A stretch of 64,000 bases of DNA from Terriglobia bacterium (GTDB lineage Bacteria; Acidobacteriota; Terriglobia; 20CM-2-55-15). Made by a program: the position numbers and the translations under genes. Below are positions 50,835 through 59,342 of the stretch, piece by piece. Position 1 is the stretch's first letter, and every line of letters starts with the position of its first letter. The notes below the pieces were generated by a model that did not search any database, had not been told where the DNA came from, and saw nothing but the letters and a program-made list of their open reading frames with translations. Location: positions 1 through 64,000 of the forward strand of contig CAXWPJ010000009.1 in the NCBI GenBank assembly GCA_963664115.2, in the 5' to 3' direction.

Positions 50835-51584
50835 TCATTTGAAGACTACGTAGGCAGCGACCTCTCGCATGATCGCCGGGAATACCACCAGGGACGCTCC
50901 CATGACGACGAGTCCGACGAGAATCTTGAGCGGCAGAGCAAGAATCATCGCGTTGAACTGGGGCTGCATCCGGGCGAGGAAACCAACGGTCATGTCAGTG
51001 AGCAAAATCACAACGAACAGCGGAAAGCCGATCTTCCAGCCCACGATAAAGATGTTGCCCGCCGTGGTCATGAGGAGGTCGAACCAGTCGGCCACTTGAG
51101 GCACACCCCCGATTGGAAAGCTTTCGTAGCTGACCTGCATCGCCACAAGGAATTCGTGGTGCATATCGGCAGCCAGAAAGACCGCGTAACCTATCAATGT
51201 GAAGTAACCGGACATGAGCGAGGACCGGTTCTGTGTCTGGGGATCGATCGCCTGAACGGCGGAAAAGGCCATGCTGAAGCCCACCAGCTGACCGGCAAAA
51301 TGCAAGACTGCGAACGCGATGCGTATCCCCATCCCCAGCAGCAAACCCACAAAAAACTCGCCGGGTATGATCAGTTCCGGATGTTCCAACGCAGCCTCAC
51401 TGAAGGGGATGACCGGAGCTAACCCGGCGGCGGTGGCGAAGACCAGAAGCACTCTCACCTGACGGGGTATAGCCGGACTGCCCCAAATCGGGGAGAACAA
51501 CAACATCGCCCCGACGCGGATCGCCACCACGAGGACGTGGACTATATAAAAGTAAGGAATCTGGACCGCGAAGATTTCGCCCAT
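50835..51584 (-). CDS. fliR: Export protein FliR
   Basis: Multi-TM, AGQLVG, RMQPQFN..PLK. Confidence 0.92.
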   Translation of the reverse strand: MGEIFAVQIPYFYIVHVLVVAIRVGAMLLFSPIWGSPAIPRQVRVLLVFATAAGLAPVIPFSEAALEHPELIIPGEFFVGLLLGMGIRIAFAVLHFAGQLVGFSMAFSAVQAIDPQTQNRSSLMSGYFTLIGYAVFLAADMHHEFLVAMQVSYESFPIGGVPQVADWFDLLMTTAGNIFIVGWKIGFPLFVVILLTDMTVGFLARMQPQFNAMILALPLKILVGLVVMGASLVVFPAIMREVAAYVVFK

Positions 51585-51591
51585 GAGAGGG

Positions 51592-51861
51592 TCAGGCGAT
51601 GTAGGGTTCGAACGAACCCAGCAGCATCTCGGTGAAAGAGACCATGTAGCCCATCATCCAGGGGAAAATGACCAGGAAGACCAGGAAGGTCACGACGATG
51701 CGCGGTACGAACGCCAGGGCCATGTCCTGTATCGAAGTAATGACCTGCGCAAGACTGATGGTTATTCCCACGATTAGCCCCACACCCAACATCGGGGCAC
51801 TCATGAGAAGAACAGTGTGAAGCGTCTGGGTCGCGAGACGTATAACGAGCTCTTCAGACAT
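51592..51861 (-). CDS. fliQ: Export protein FliQ
   Basis: QVITSIQD..LAFVPR. Confidence 0.92.
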   Translation of the reverse strand: MSEELVIRLATQTLHTVLLMSAPMLGVGLIVGITISLAQVITSIQDMALAFVPRIVVTFLVFLVIFPWMMGYMVSFTEMLLGSFEPYIA

Positions 51862-52570
51862 AACTGCTTACCAGCGACGAAATGACCAACCCCCATCCAT
51901 CGACCATGATGAACAGCAACACCTTGAAGGGCAGCGACACCATGACCGGCGGCAACTGCATCATGCCCATCGATAACAACACTGACGCAACGACCATATC
52001 GATCACCAGGAAGGGCAGAAACAATACGAAACCGATCTGAAAAGCGGTCTTGATTTCCGAAATGATGAAAGCCGGAATAACCGTCTTCATCGACAGGTCC
52101 TCCGGCCCGGAAGGTCTCGCATCGCCCGACATTTCGTTGAACAACATCAAATCCTTTTCCCGTGCATGCTTGAGCATGAACGTCTTAAGTGAAGCAGCCC
52201 CGTTTTCGATCGCCTCCACCTCTTCAATCTCCCCGTTTGTCCACGGCACATAGGCCGTTTCGTAAATCTGGGTCAGGGTGGGATTCATGACGAAAAAAGA
52301 CAAGAACAGCGCCAGCCCGATCAGAATCTGGTTCGAAGGAGCTTCCTGGGTTCCAAGCGCCTGGCGTAGAAAGTGGAAAACGATGATGATTCGAGTGAAT
52401 GACGACAGCGAGATGATGATAGACGGCAGAAAAGTTAACAGAGTGAGCAGGATCAACATCTGCACGGGCAGATTCATCTGAATCTGGCCGTCGCTGCCAC
52501 CTACGTCGATGCTGATGTTGGGCGTCGTCTGCAAAAGCGCTAGGAAGATTGGGGAAGGAAGGAAGTTCAT
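51854..52570 (-). CDS. fliP: Export protein FliP
   Basis: SFTRIIIV, PSNQIL, AFQIGF, LPFKVLLF..DGW. Confidence 0.95.
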   Translation of the reverse strand: MNFLPSPIFLALLQTTPNISIDVGGSDGQIQMNLPVQMLILLTLLTFLPSIIISLSSFTRIIIVFHFLRQALGTQEAPSNQILIGLALFLSFFVMNPTLTQIYETAYVPWTNGEIEEVEAIENGAASLKTFMLKHAREKDLMLFNEMSGDARPSGPEDLSMKTVIPAFIISEIKTAFQIGFVLFLPFLVIDMVVASVLLSMGMMQLPPVMVSLPFKVLLFIMVDGWGLVISSLVSSYV

Positions 52571-52803
52571 TTGGGAAGTTTTTCGAGAATGGAAACAGTT
52601 TCTCGAGTCACCCCAAGCAGGAGCTCTTCGTCACGAACCTTAACAACCATGACACGACACCGGTCGCCAAGATGAAGCTGTTCAACTACAGTCAAACTGG
52701 TCGCCCCTGCGATAGAAGGCACGTACCGTTTGAGCATTTGCAGGCCGAACACCATCACTCCAACAATTAGACCGAGCGCGCCTATAATTTGAAGGTAGGG
52801 CAT
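52567..52803 (-). CDS. fliO: FliO
   Basis: TM followed by LHLG..VVKV..LLLGVT; position before fliP. Confidence 0.8.
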   Translation of the reverse strand: MPYLQIIGALGLIVGVMVFGLQMLKRYVPSIAGATSLTVVEQLHLGDRCRVMVVKVRDEELLLGVTRETVSILEKLPK

Positions 52804-52813
52804 AAATCCACAC

Positions 52814-53170
52814 TCACAGCTTGACCACTTCTGTAACTCTGACTCCCGAACTGTTCTCGACAACGATGACTTCACCCCGAGCTACAGTTTGCCCATTGGC
52901 ACAGATGTCAAAGGGCTCACCAGCCGCCTTTGCAACACGGAAAACATCCCCGGGCTTGAGACCCAGAATTTCCTTCAACAGCATCTGCAACCGCCCGATC
53001 TCAAATGTCAGGTGAAGCGGAACGTCCGCGAACACCTTGAACCGTTTCAAAGTGGCCATTGCGGCCACTTCAGCGTCAATCGGCACGACAGGCTCTGTCT
53101 CTGCGTCAGGGGCTGAAATGACCGCCGGAGGAGCAGGAGTTGGGAGTGGAACGACTTCTTCGCCGGTCAT
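52814..53170 (-). CDS. fliN: Second FliN/SpoA-domain protein
   Basis: DVPL..EIG, ANG..ARGEVIVV..GVRVTEV. Confidence 0.85.
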   Translation of the reverse strand: MTGEEVVPLPTPAPPAVISAPDAETEPVVPIDAEVAAMATLKRFKVFADVPLHLTFEIGRLQMLLKEILGLKPGDVFRVAKAAGEPFDICANGQTVARGEVIVVENSSGVRVTEVVKL

Positions 53171-53712
53171 AGCTGAATAACGAACTCCGTGAACATGACG
53201 TCAACAACTTTGGGTTCGTGGTAATAGGGCCCGAGTTTTTCGAGAATTTCGGTGCGAAGGCTATTCTTTCCTTCCTCGTCCATGATCTCTCCTGACGTTT
53301 TTCGACTGAGCGTCTGTAAGATGACATCGCGGGTCTTGGAAGCGACGGCGGTATTCTCCATAACTTCTTCCACTGCATTCTTGTCGTCAACCATCAGACT
53401 GATAGTCACCCTCAGGTATCGGGGCGAATCGACATCCGCGAGATTTACAACGAACGGCGCCAAATCGACGACAGCCCCATTCTCCATGAGCAAACGCAGG
53501 GCCTCTGCCTCTTCATCGACATCGAGATTTTCTTCGCCGGCCACCGCAGGCAGGACGCCGCTTCGGCTGATGAGCATAAAGGACACAACACCGCCGCCCG
53601 CACTCGACGCGAGAACGAGGATCACACCCACCAATGCCTTGGCGATCAGTGGAACGAAACTCTTTAGTCCTTTAGACGGGCCTTCAGCTTCGGTCTTTTC
53701 TTCTTCTGACAC
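53167..53712 (-). CDS. fliL: FliL
   Basis: TM; PFVVNLAD..RYL; FTEFVIQ; GTG start at 53712. Confidence 0.88.
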   Translation of the reverse strand: MSEEEKTEAEGPSKGLKSFVPLIAKALVGVILVLASSAGGGVVSFMLISRSGVLPAVAGEENLDVDEEAEALRLLMENGAVVDLAPFVVNLADVDSPRYLRVTISLMVDDKNAVEEVMENTAVASKTRDVILQTLSRKTSGEIMDEEGKNSLRTEILEKLGPYYHEPKVVDVMFTEFVIQL

Positions 53713-53752
53713 AGGTTGCCTCCGTGAATCATGTTTACCGCAGACACGGAAA

Positions 53753-53769
53753 TGCACGCCATGTGCCAA
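53753..53769 (-). promoter_or_regulatory. Sigma54 promoter upstream of fliL
   Basis: TTGGCACATGGCGTGCA (GG-N10-GC). Confidence 0.75.
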
Positions 53770-53922
53770 GCATTAGGGATGTCTCAATAGATCCAGCAAA
53801 GTGCTGGTAAAAGGAAGGTTACGTTCTTTCAGAGTCCAAGCCGCAGAACCGGAATGACGGCAAGCTGACAGAGAAACCGTCAACAAACCTCCGAACGCGC
53901 CAAGGGCTTGACCCGGAATGGG

Positions 53923-54141
53923 CTAATCGAAATACCGCTGGGCCATCTGGGAGAGAATCTCCCGGGCGTCCAAGGCCTTCTGCTCGATCAGTTCGTAACG
54001 GCTCTTGGCCTTGCCTTCGGCCGCATCCAACTGCAACAGTTCCGACGATGTCAGGATGACGCCAATCTTGTTGTTCAGGTCGTGTATCGCTTTCTTTAAG
54101 TACTCCAGTTCCTCAGTTGAGAGAGCGTTGTCTTCAGTCAT
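53923..54141 (-). CDS. Stand-alone HisKA/DHp-like small protein
   Basis: H-box-like AIHDLNNKIGVI plus a second helix; GGAG RBS. Confidence 0.6.
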   Translation of the reverse strand: MTEDNALSTEELEYLKKAIHDLNNKIGVILTSSELLQLDAAEGKAKSRYELIEQKALDAREILSQMAQRYFD

Positions 54142-54169
54142 GGGTTTCGACCCTAACAACTCCAATTAA

Positions 54170-54419
54170 AAGTAACAAGTGACAAGCAGGGTTTCTTAGG
54201 ATCATCTGCCGGGACATCTGCCCGACTATCTGCCGGACCATCTGCCGCTCCAGCTAGTGTCGCGGCTTTGTGGCTGCCGGGCTATCTGCCGCTTCAACTA
54301 GTGTCGCGGCTTTGTGGCTGCCGGGCTATCTGCCGCTTCAACTAGTGTCGCGGCTCTGGCCGACCCCTACCGGTCCATCTGCCGCTTCAGCGAGTGAAGC
54401 GGCTTGTCACTTGTCACTT
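54170..54419. repeat. Composite repeat: 18-bp inverted ends with internal 12-bp and 44-bp periodic repeats
   Basis: AAGTAACAAGTGACAAGC and GCTTGTCACTTGTCACTT; ATCTGCC at 54204, 54216, 54228, 54240, 54284, 54328 and 54377. Confidence 0.85.
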
Positions 54420-54910
54420 CTTCTTACCGCTTCAGGTTCATCGTTTCCTGCAGGATCTCGTCGGTTGCGGTAATCATTCGCGCGTTAGCCTGGTAGCCCC
54501 TCTGGTAGGTGATGATCTTCGTGAACTCGCCCGCCAGATCGACGTTCGACAGTTCGAGCGCCCCGCTGACTAAACGCCCTCGCCCTCCCTGACCGGGTGT
54601 GCCGAGCAACAACGAGCCCGAAGCGACGGACTCGGCAAAAAGACCGCTGCCCGAGGAAGCGGCTTGTCACTTGTCACTTCTTCTTACCGCTTCAGGTTCA
54701 TCGTTTCCTGCAGGATCTCGTCGGTTGCGGTAATCATTCGCGCGTTAGCCTGGTAGCCCCTCTGGTAGGTGATGATCTTCGTGAACTCGCCCGCCCACGT
54801 TCGACAGTTCGAGCGCCCCGCTGACTAAACGCCCTCGCCCTCTGACCGGGTGTGCCGAGCAACAACGAGCCCGAAGCGACGGACTCGGCAAAAAGACCGC
54901 TGCCCGAGGA
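54396..54910. repeat. Tandem ~260-bp duplication of the flgE 3' end
   Basis: 54396-54655 repeats from 54656; copies differ by two small indels. Confidence 0.85.
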
Positions 54911-56016
54911 AACCAAACCATTTTCGTTCTTGAACACCGCGAGCGCCATCTTGGCAATGTCGATCGTCAGGCCGTTGCTGAATACTCCGGCGATCGTGCC
55001 GTCTGATCCAATGACCAGCGAGTTCATATCTCCCGGAGGCACGCCATCCTGATTGCTCAGTGTTACATTGCTCGGACTTGCCAGGCCGGTCGCGTTCAGA
55101 TCACCGCTTGGGGCAACAAGTTTCCAGGTCAGACCGTTTGGTGCCAGCGTCGCGCTGTTGGCCATTGTAGGAAGCGTGACGGCTGTTGGTGGAATCACCA
55201 GGTTTGCTGCCGCGACGACCGTCCCGCCCAGGTAGGCGGACTCGAGTTTTCCGTTGGTGTCGAACACCAGGGTGCCGGCCGCTGGAGTCGCCGTGGCGAT
55301 AGCGCCGGTTATCAGGCTGTAATTGTCCGTACTGGTCGCAGCAATCCCGGTAAAATCTTTATGTGGAACGGTGACATCAAACTTCCAGTCTGTCTGGGTT
55401 GCCGTGATGGAATTCTTGACCATGGAGATCGTTGCCAGGTGGGCCTTGCCAAGAGAATCATAGAGCTGAGTCGTCATCGCGAACTTAGTCCCGACGAGCG
55501 CGGCAGCGTCCAGATTAAAGGCCAATTCAAAATTGGCGGTCGGATTGGCGCTTCCCGTGGCGACTGGAATCCGTATGTTGGCCAGACTCGACGACGTGTC
55601 AATGACCCCTGTTGATGGATCGCGCACCCAACCTTGAACCGCGTGTCCCGTAGCGGCAACCAGTTGCCCGTCGGCATCGACTGAAAAGTTGCCCGCACGC
55701 GTATAGAAGTTGCCCTTCCCGTTGTTGACAACAAAGAATCCGTTTCCCTGGATTGCCACGTCGGTCGGGTTGTTGGTGGTTTCCAGTCCACCTTGGATAA
55801 AATTCGTACTGATGCGGCCGATCTGACACCGAGTCCGACCTGCCCACTCGTACCCCCACTGCTGCTGACGGTCTGACCTAGGACGTCGGTAAAATTGATA
55901 CTCGTGCTCTTGAAACCAACGGTGTTCATGTTGGCCAGATTGTTACCCACGACATTGAGTCCCTGGGTGTTGGTCGATAGACCCGACAGTGCGGTGGAAA
56001 AAGTATTAATACCCAT
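54684..56016 (-). CDS. flgE: Flagellar hook protein FlgE (apparent frameshifts near 55820, 54840 and 54795)
   Basis: GNNLANMNTVGFK, YTRAGNF, YDSLG, GALELSNV, YQRGYQANAR. Confidence 0.9.
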
Positions 56017-56051
56017 TATCTCTCCTTAGATCTCTTATTGTCCTGCATCGC

Positions 56052-56339
56052 TCATGCACTAAAAACTGTGGGCTCACTCACGTCCGAGGCAGCCTCAGAC
56101 TGGCTCACCAGCGTCTCGTTGACCTGTTCCATTACTTCTCGAATATTGATCAGTTCTTCCAAACTGCTGAACTGTGCGAGCTGGGCCACGAACGCTGTCC
56201 CGTCCATGGGGTCCAAGGGGTTTTGTCCCTTGATCTGGGCGATCAGTAATTGTAGAAACTGCGATTTCTGTTCCTCGGCTTGGGATTTCAATGCGGACGG
56301 CGCCGCGGTTGTTCCGGTTCCTGTGATTGTCTCAATCAT
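56052..56339 (-). CDS. flgD: Hook capping protein FlgD (short form)
   Basis: FLQLLIAQIKGQNPLDPMD..FVAQLAQFSSLE. Confidence 0.92.
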   Translation of the reverse strand: MIETITGTGTTAAPSALKSQAEEQKSQFLQLLIAQIKGQNPLDPMDGTAFVAQLAQFSSLEELINIREVMEQVNETLVSQSEAASDVSEPTVFSA

Positions 56340-56552
56340 CTCTGTACCTCCCCACGCTGGCTATAATGCACGCACCGCACCGAAGTAATTCTAGGCCGTA
56401 TACTGTTGAAACAAAGGGTATGGAAAGGGAGACGGCACCAAGGCAACAATGAACATTCTCCCCACCCGGCATTTTTTGCTCATGTTCGCGGCCCCAGCTG
56501 CCGATACGCTCCAGCACTGATCCGGAACTTGCCGCAAGAAGAATAGGAAGCA

Positions 56553-56727
56553 AACCGCAGAGGCGCAAAGACGCAAAGGAAGAAGCATTGGCTGCCCTTG
56601 ACTGGCGATGTTGAGTCCAACCATAGGCGTCGGGCCTAGCAACCACGTCATTGGAAACTCATGATGGTTGGGCAAGCAGACCGCTACACAGCCTAAAGTC
56701 TTTGCGCCTTCGCGCCTTTGCGGTGAA
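56553..56727. repeat. Inverted-repeat element copy 5 (CGCAAAG family)
   Basis: ACCGCAGAGGCGCAAAGACGCAAAGGAAGA and CTTTGCGCCTTCGCGCCTTTGCGGTGAA. Confidence 0.88.
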
Positions 56728-56955
56728 AGGTTTTTTCGAATCTACTGTAGGGATTGTTTTTGAGGGAAACGAGTAATTAAGCGGTGAGGCTGACGAGGGA
56801 GTCAGCGTCGGAGGATTCGAACTCGAACATGACATCGGAAAGCGGAACCTGCGCACGGGTGAGGGATTCGACCAGGTTGTGGACAGATAGTTCCAGACCG
56901 GCGCGAATCGCTGCCGGAGCGTCAAAGCGAAGCGAAACCTCGCCTTGATTCTCAG

Positions 56956-58785
56956 TCAACTGAACACGAACGCGGTCATGAAGGAGGCTTCTTGAGCTTC
57001 CCTCGTATGGGATCGGCCCTGCCCGGAGCCATGGCCATCATCTTGATGTCGCTGCCCTGAATCCGTTCCCGTACCGAAACGTCCAGAGAACATGACATCG
57101 GAAAGCGGAACCTGCGCACGGGTGAGGGATTCGACCAGGTTGTGGACAGATAGTTCCAGACCGGCGCGAATCGCTGCCGGAGCGTCAAAGCGAAGCGAAA
57201 CCTCGCCTTGATTCTCAGTCAACTGAACACGAACGCCAGCACCAGACTCTCCAAGCATCATCGTCACACGCCGGACCGGGTCAAGCGAGAACGTCGGCAG
57301 GTTCACCGGCTTTACCGGCTGGCGGGGTGCAAGCGGTTGCGGTTCTGTGTGAGGACTGGACCCTCCCGTCTCAGAAGGAATCTGGCTCGTCATCTGAACA
57401 AAAGAACCGGTCGATTCTTTTTCAGCCGTTTTTAGAGTCGCTTCCGTTGTCACAACTTTTGAATCCGTCCCGATTCGGCGACCGGTCGCCCCCTCATTCA
57501 GAACATACTGCGAGGTCACCTGAGACTTGAGGGCGGCACCCGAGACAATCGCAACTTCAGGTCGGCTGGATTGGGAAGTTGCGGCACCGCCATTGACGTT
57601 ATCGAAGTTTTCGACGCTATCAACGGTATCGATGACGGGGACGCTCTGCTTAGGCGCAGTTGCAGCAACCGGCTGGGGTCCTGGATCAGTCGGCAAGCTC
57701 CCCGCAGCGGCAGCGGCTACCGGCCTTAAGCCCAGCATCGCAAGCGTCGGCTCGGGTCGCGGGGTGGTGTTCGAACCTGCCTCCGGAGAAATGACCGTGG
57801 CCTGCGGTTCAGCCGTTGGACTGGACGTTGGAGCTTCGGCTGTGATCTTCATCGCGCGCACTCCGAAGGTTGCCAGGTCCAGGGACTTGAGCGACTTGCC
57901 CTCACCGGGCGGAACAAACGGATTCAAAATACCCTTGCTCACAATCGTTGGAGAAGCCGGAGAACCGGTCGTGGGAGAAACTGCAGCCGGACCTCTATCC
58001 ACAGGCGCGGTGTTGTTCGCTCGGTCTGTCTCCAGACTCCGTAAAGCCAAAGCCTCTGGAATGCCTTCAGCGGTTTCCACTACAGTCGTCTCAACCAGAG
58101 CGACTTCCGTCGGGCGTGGCAAGGGCAAATCGGCTCTCCCCACCACGGGCTGACCGGAGCCTTCAATGACTACGGGTTGATCCGTTAAAACTCCATCCGC
58201 TACGGGCAAGCCTGCAATCGAACGATCAGGGGCTTGGGAGCTCAGCTCTGAGGCCAGTTCATCGACGGCGACAGATCCAAGGTCCGGGCCTTGACTCTGG
58301 AGTTCCTCAGGAAGCAAGTCGGGTGTCTCTTCACCGGATGGAATCAGCGTCGCCGTAAAGACTGATGCGGCGGTGGTCAAGGATGCGGCTTCATCAAGCG
58401 TTTCAGCAGAAGCGGTCAAAGATGCGGCTTCATCAAGCGTTTCAGCAGAAGCGGTCAAGGATGCGGCTTCATCAAGCGTTTCAGCAGAAGCGGTCAAGGA
58501 TGCGGCTTCATCAAGCGTTTCAGCAGAAGCGGTCAAAGATGCGGCTCCATCAAGCGTTTCAGCAGAAGCGGTCAAAGATGCGGCTCCATCAAGCGTTTCA
58601 GCAGAAGCGGTCAAAGATGCGGCTCCATCAAGCGTTTCAGCAGAAACGGTCTCAATTTCCGAACCAGCTTCGGCCAGCAGAGCTTCAAACGAAGCGCTAT
58701 CAGATTCCGATTTCGGGCTCTGATTGACCGACGGCGCTTCGGCCTCGAACGGCGACTGAATGTTCAGTTGGTTGAAATCTTCCAT
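56956..58785 (-). CDS. fliK: Hook-length control protein FliK
   Basis: Long P/A/S/T-rich region with C-terminal T3S4-like GVRVQL..LVESL; between fliJ and flgD. Confidence 0.8.
   Translation of the reverse strand: MEDFNQLNIQSPFEAEAPSVNQSPKSESDSASFEALLAEAGSEIETVSAETLDGAASLTASAETLDGAASLTASAETLDGAASLTASAETLDEAASLTASAETLDEAASLTASAETLDEAASLTASAETLDEAASLTTAASVFTATLIPSGEETPDLLPEELQSQGPDLGSVAVDELASELSSQAPDRSIAGLPVADGVLTDQPVVIEGSGQPVVGRADLPLPRPTEVALVETTVVETAEGIPEALALRSLETDRANNTAPVDRGPAAVSPTTGSPASPTIVSKGILNPFVPPGEGKSLKSLDLATFGVRAMKITAEAPTSSPTAEPQATVISPEAGSNTTPRPEPTLAMLGLRPVAAAAAGSLPTDPGPQPVAATAPKQSVPVIDTVDSVENFDNVNGGAATSQSSRPEVAIVSGAALKSQVTSQYVLNEGATGRRIGTDSKVVTTEATLKTAEKESTGSFVQMTSQIPSETGGSSPHTEPQPLAPRQPVKPVNLPTFSLDPVRRVTMMLGESGAGVRVQLTENQGEVSLRFDAPAAIRAGLELSVHNLVESLTRAQVPLSDVMFSGRFGTGTDSGQRHQDDGHGSGQGRSHTREAQEASFMTAFVFS
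58375..58646. repeat. 39-bp tandem repeat x7 within fliK
   Basis: Encodes SAETLD(G/E)AASLTA seven times. Confidence 0.95.
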
Positions 58786-58799
58786 GAATAACGCTTGAA

Positions 58800-59252
58800 C
58801 TAGATTCCAGTCTTTCGCGAATGCCTGATGACAGACACTTCGTCTATCATTTTCTGCGTCAAAACTGCTTCTTCCCGTGACAGCTTTTGCAATTGGCGTT
58901 CCTGAAGCTTTTCGACGGTCTTGTACTCACGCCGAGCCTCTCTCCACACCGCCCGGCACTTGTCCAGCTTAGACCTTAATTTTTCAATATCTTGAAGGAT
59001 TCTGGCGAGGTAAACATTGCCCACTTCGATGGCCTTATCCGAGCATTGAAGGTGGCGCCCCGATATGCCGTTTGCGTGGGCAAATTCTTCCATCGTCTGG
59101 CGGATTTTGCCTTGTTCCGAGTCACCCCGGGATTCGAGACGCTGGATCTGAAACTCGCACTCGCGGATGCGGCCCTCCGCTGCATCCACAGCCATCTGGC
59201 GCACTTTCAGGATCCGTTCCAGCCGTTTCAGATATTGGAGGGCTTCTTTCAT
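58800..59252 (-). CDS. fliJ: Export chaperone FliJ
   Basis: Coiled coil, LERILKVR, K.VEKLQER, QKMIDE; follows fliI. Confidence 0.8.
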   Translation of the reverse strand: MKEALQYLKRLERILKVRQMAVDAAEGRIRECEFQIQRLESRGDSEQGKIRQTMEEFAHANGISGRHLQCSDKAIEVGNVYLARILQDIEKLRSKLDKCRAVWREARREYKTVEKLQERQLQKLSREEAVLTQKMIDEVSVIRHSRKTGI

Positions 59253-59342
59253 AGAGACTAGTCGAACAGCTGCACCATCTCCAGGCAAAGGGGCAGAGCT
59301 CGGCCACACTCGATCAGTTTGTTGGACGGTAGGGTTGGGTTA

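Noticed and set aside
54204-54390. CRISPR array
   Set aside because: The intervening sequences are identical or very short rather than unique spacers, and no cas genes are present.
6021-56016. About ten frameshifts (ECF, PCAT, PilX-like, MBL, MetE-II, 25345 ORF, TcmP, flgE) read as pseudogenes or programmed frameshifts
   Set aside because: Single indels, often at short homopolymers, in unrelated and otherwise intact genes; sequencing error is more parsimonious. Needs read inspection.
2472-56925. Small ORFs containing FTAKAQRRK or LRLCAFAV (e.g. 2623-2877, 8768-9028, 56391-56675, 56659-56925)
   Set aside because: Translations of the CGCAAAG repeat arms, not a peptide family.
54396-57236. DGR template/variable repeat pairs
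   Set aside because: Copies are identical or differ by indels, not adenine-specific substitutions; no reverse transcriptase in the window.
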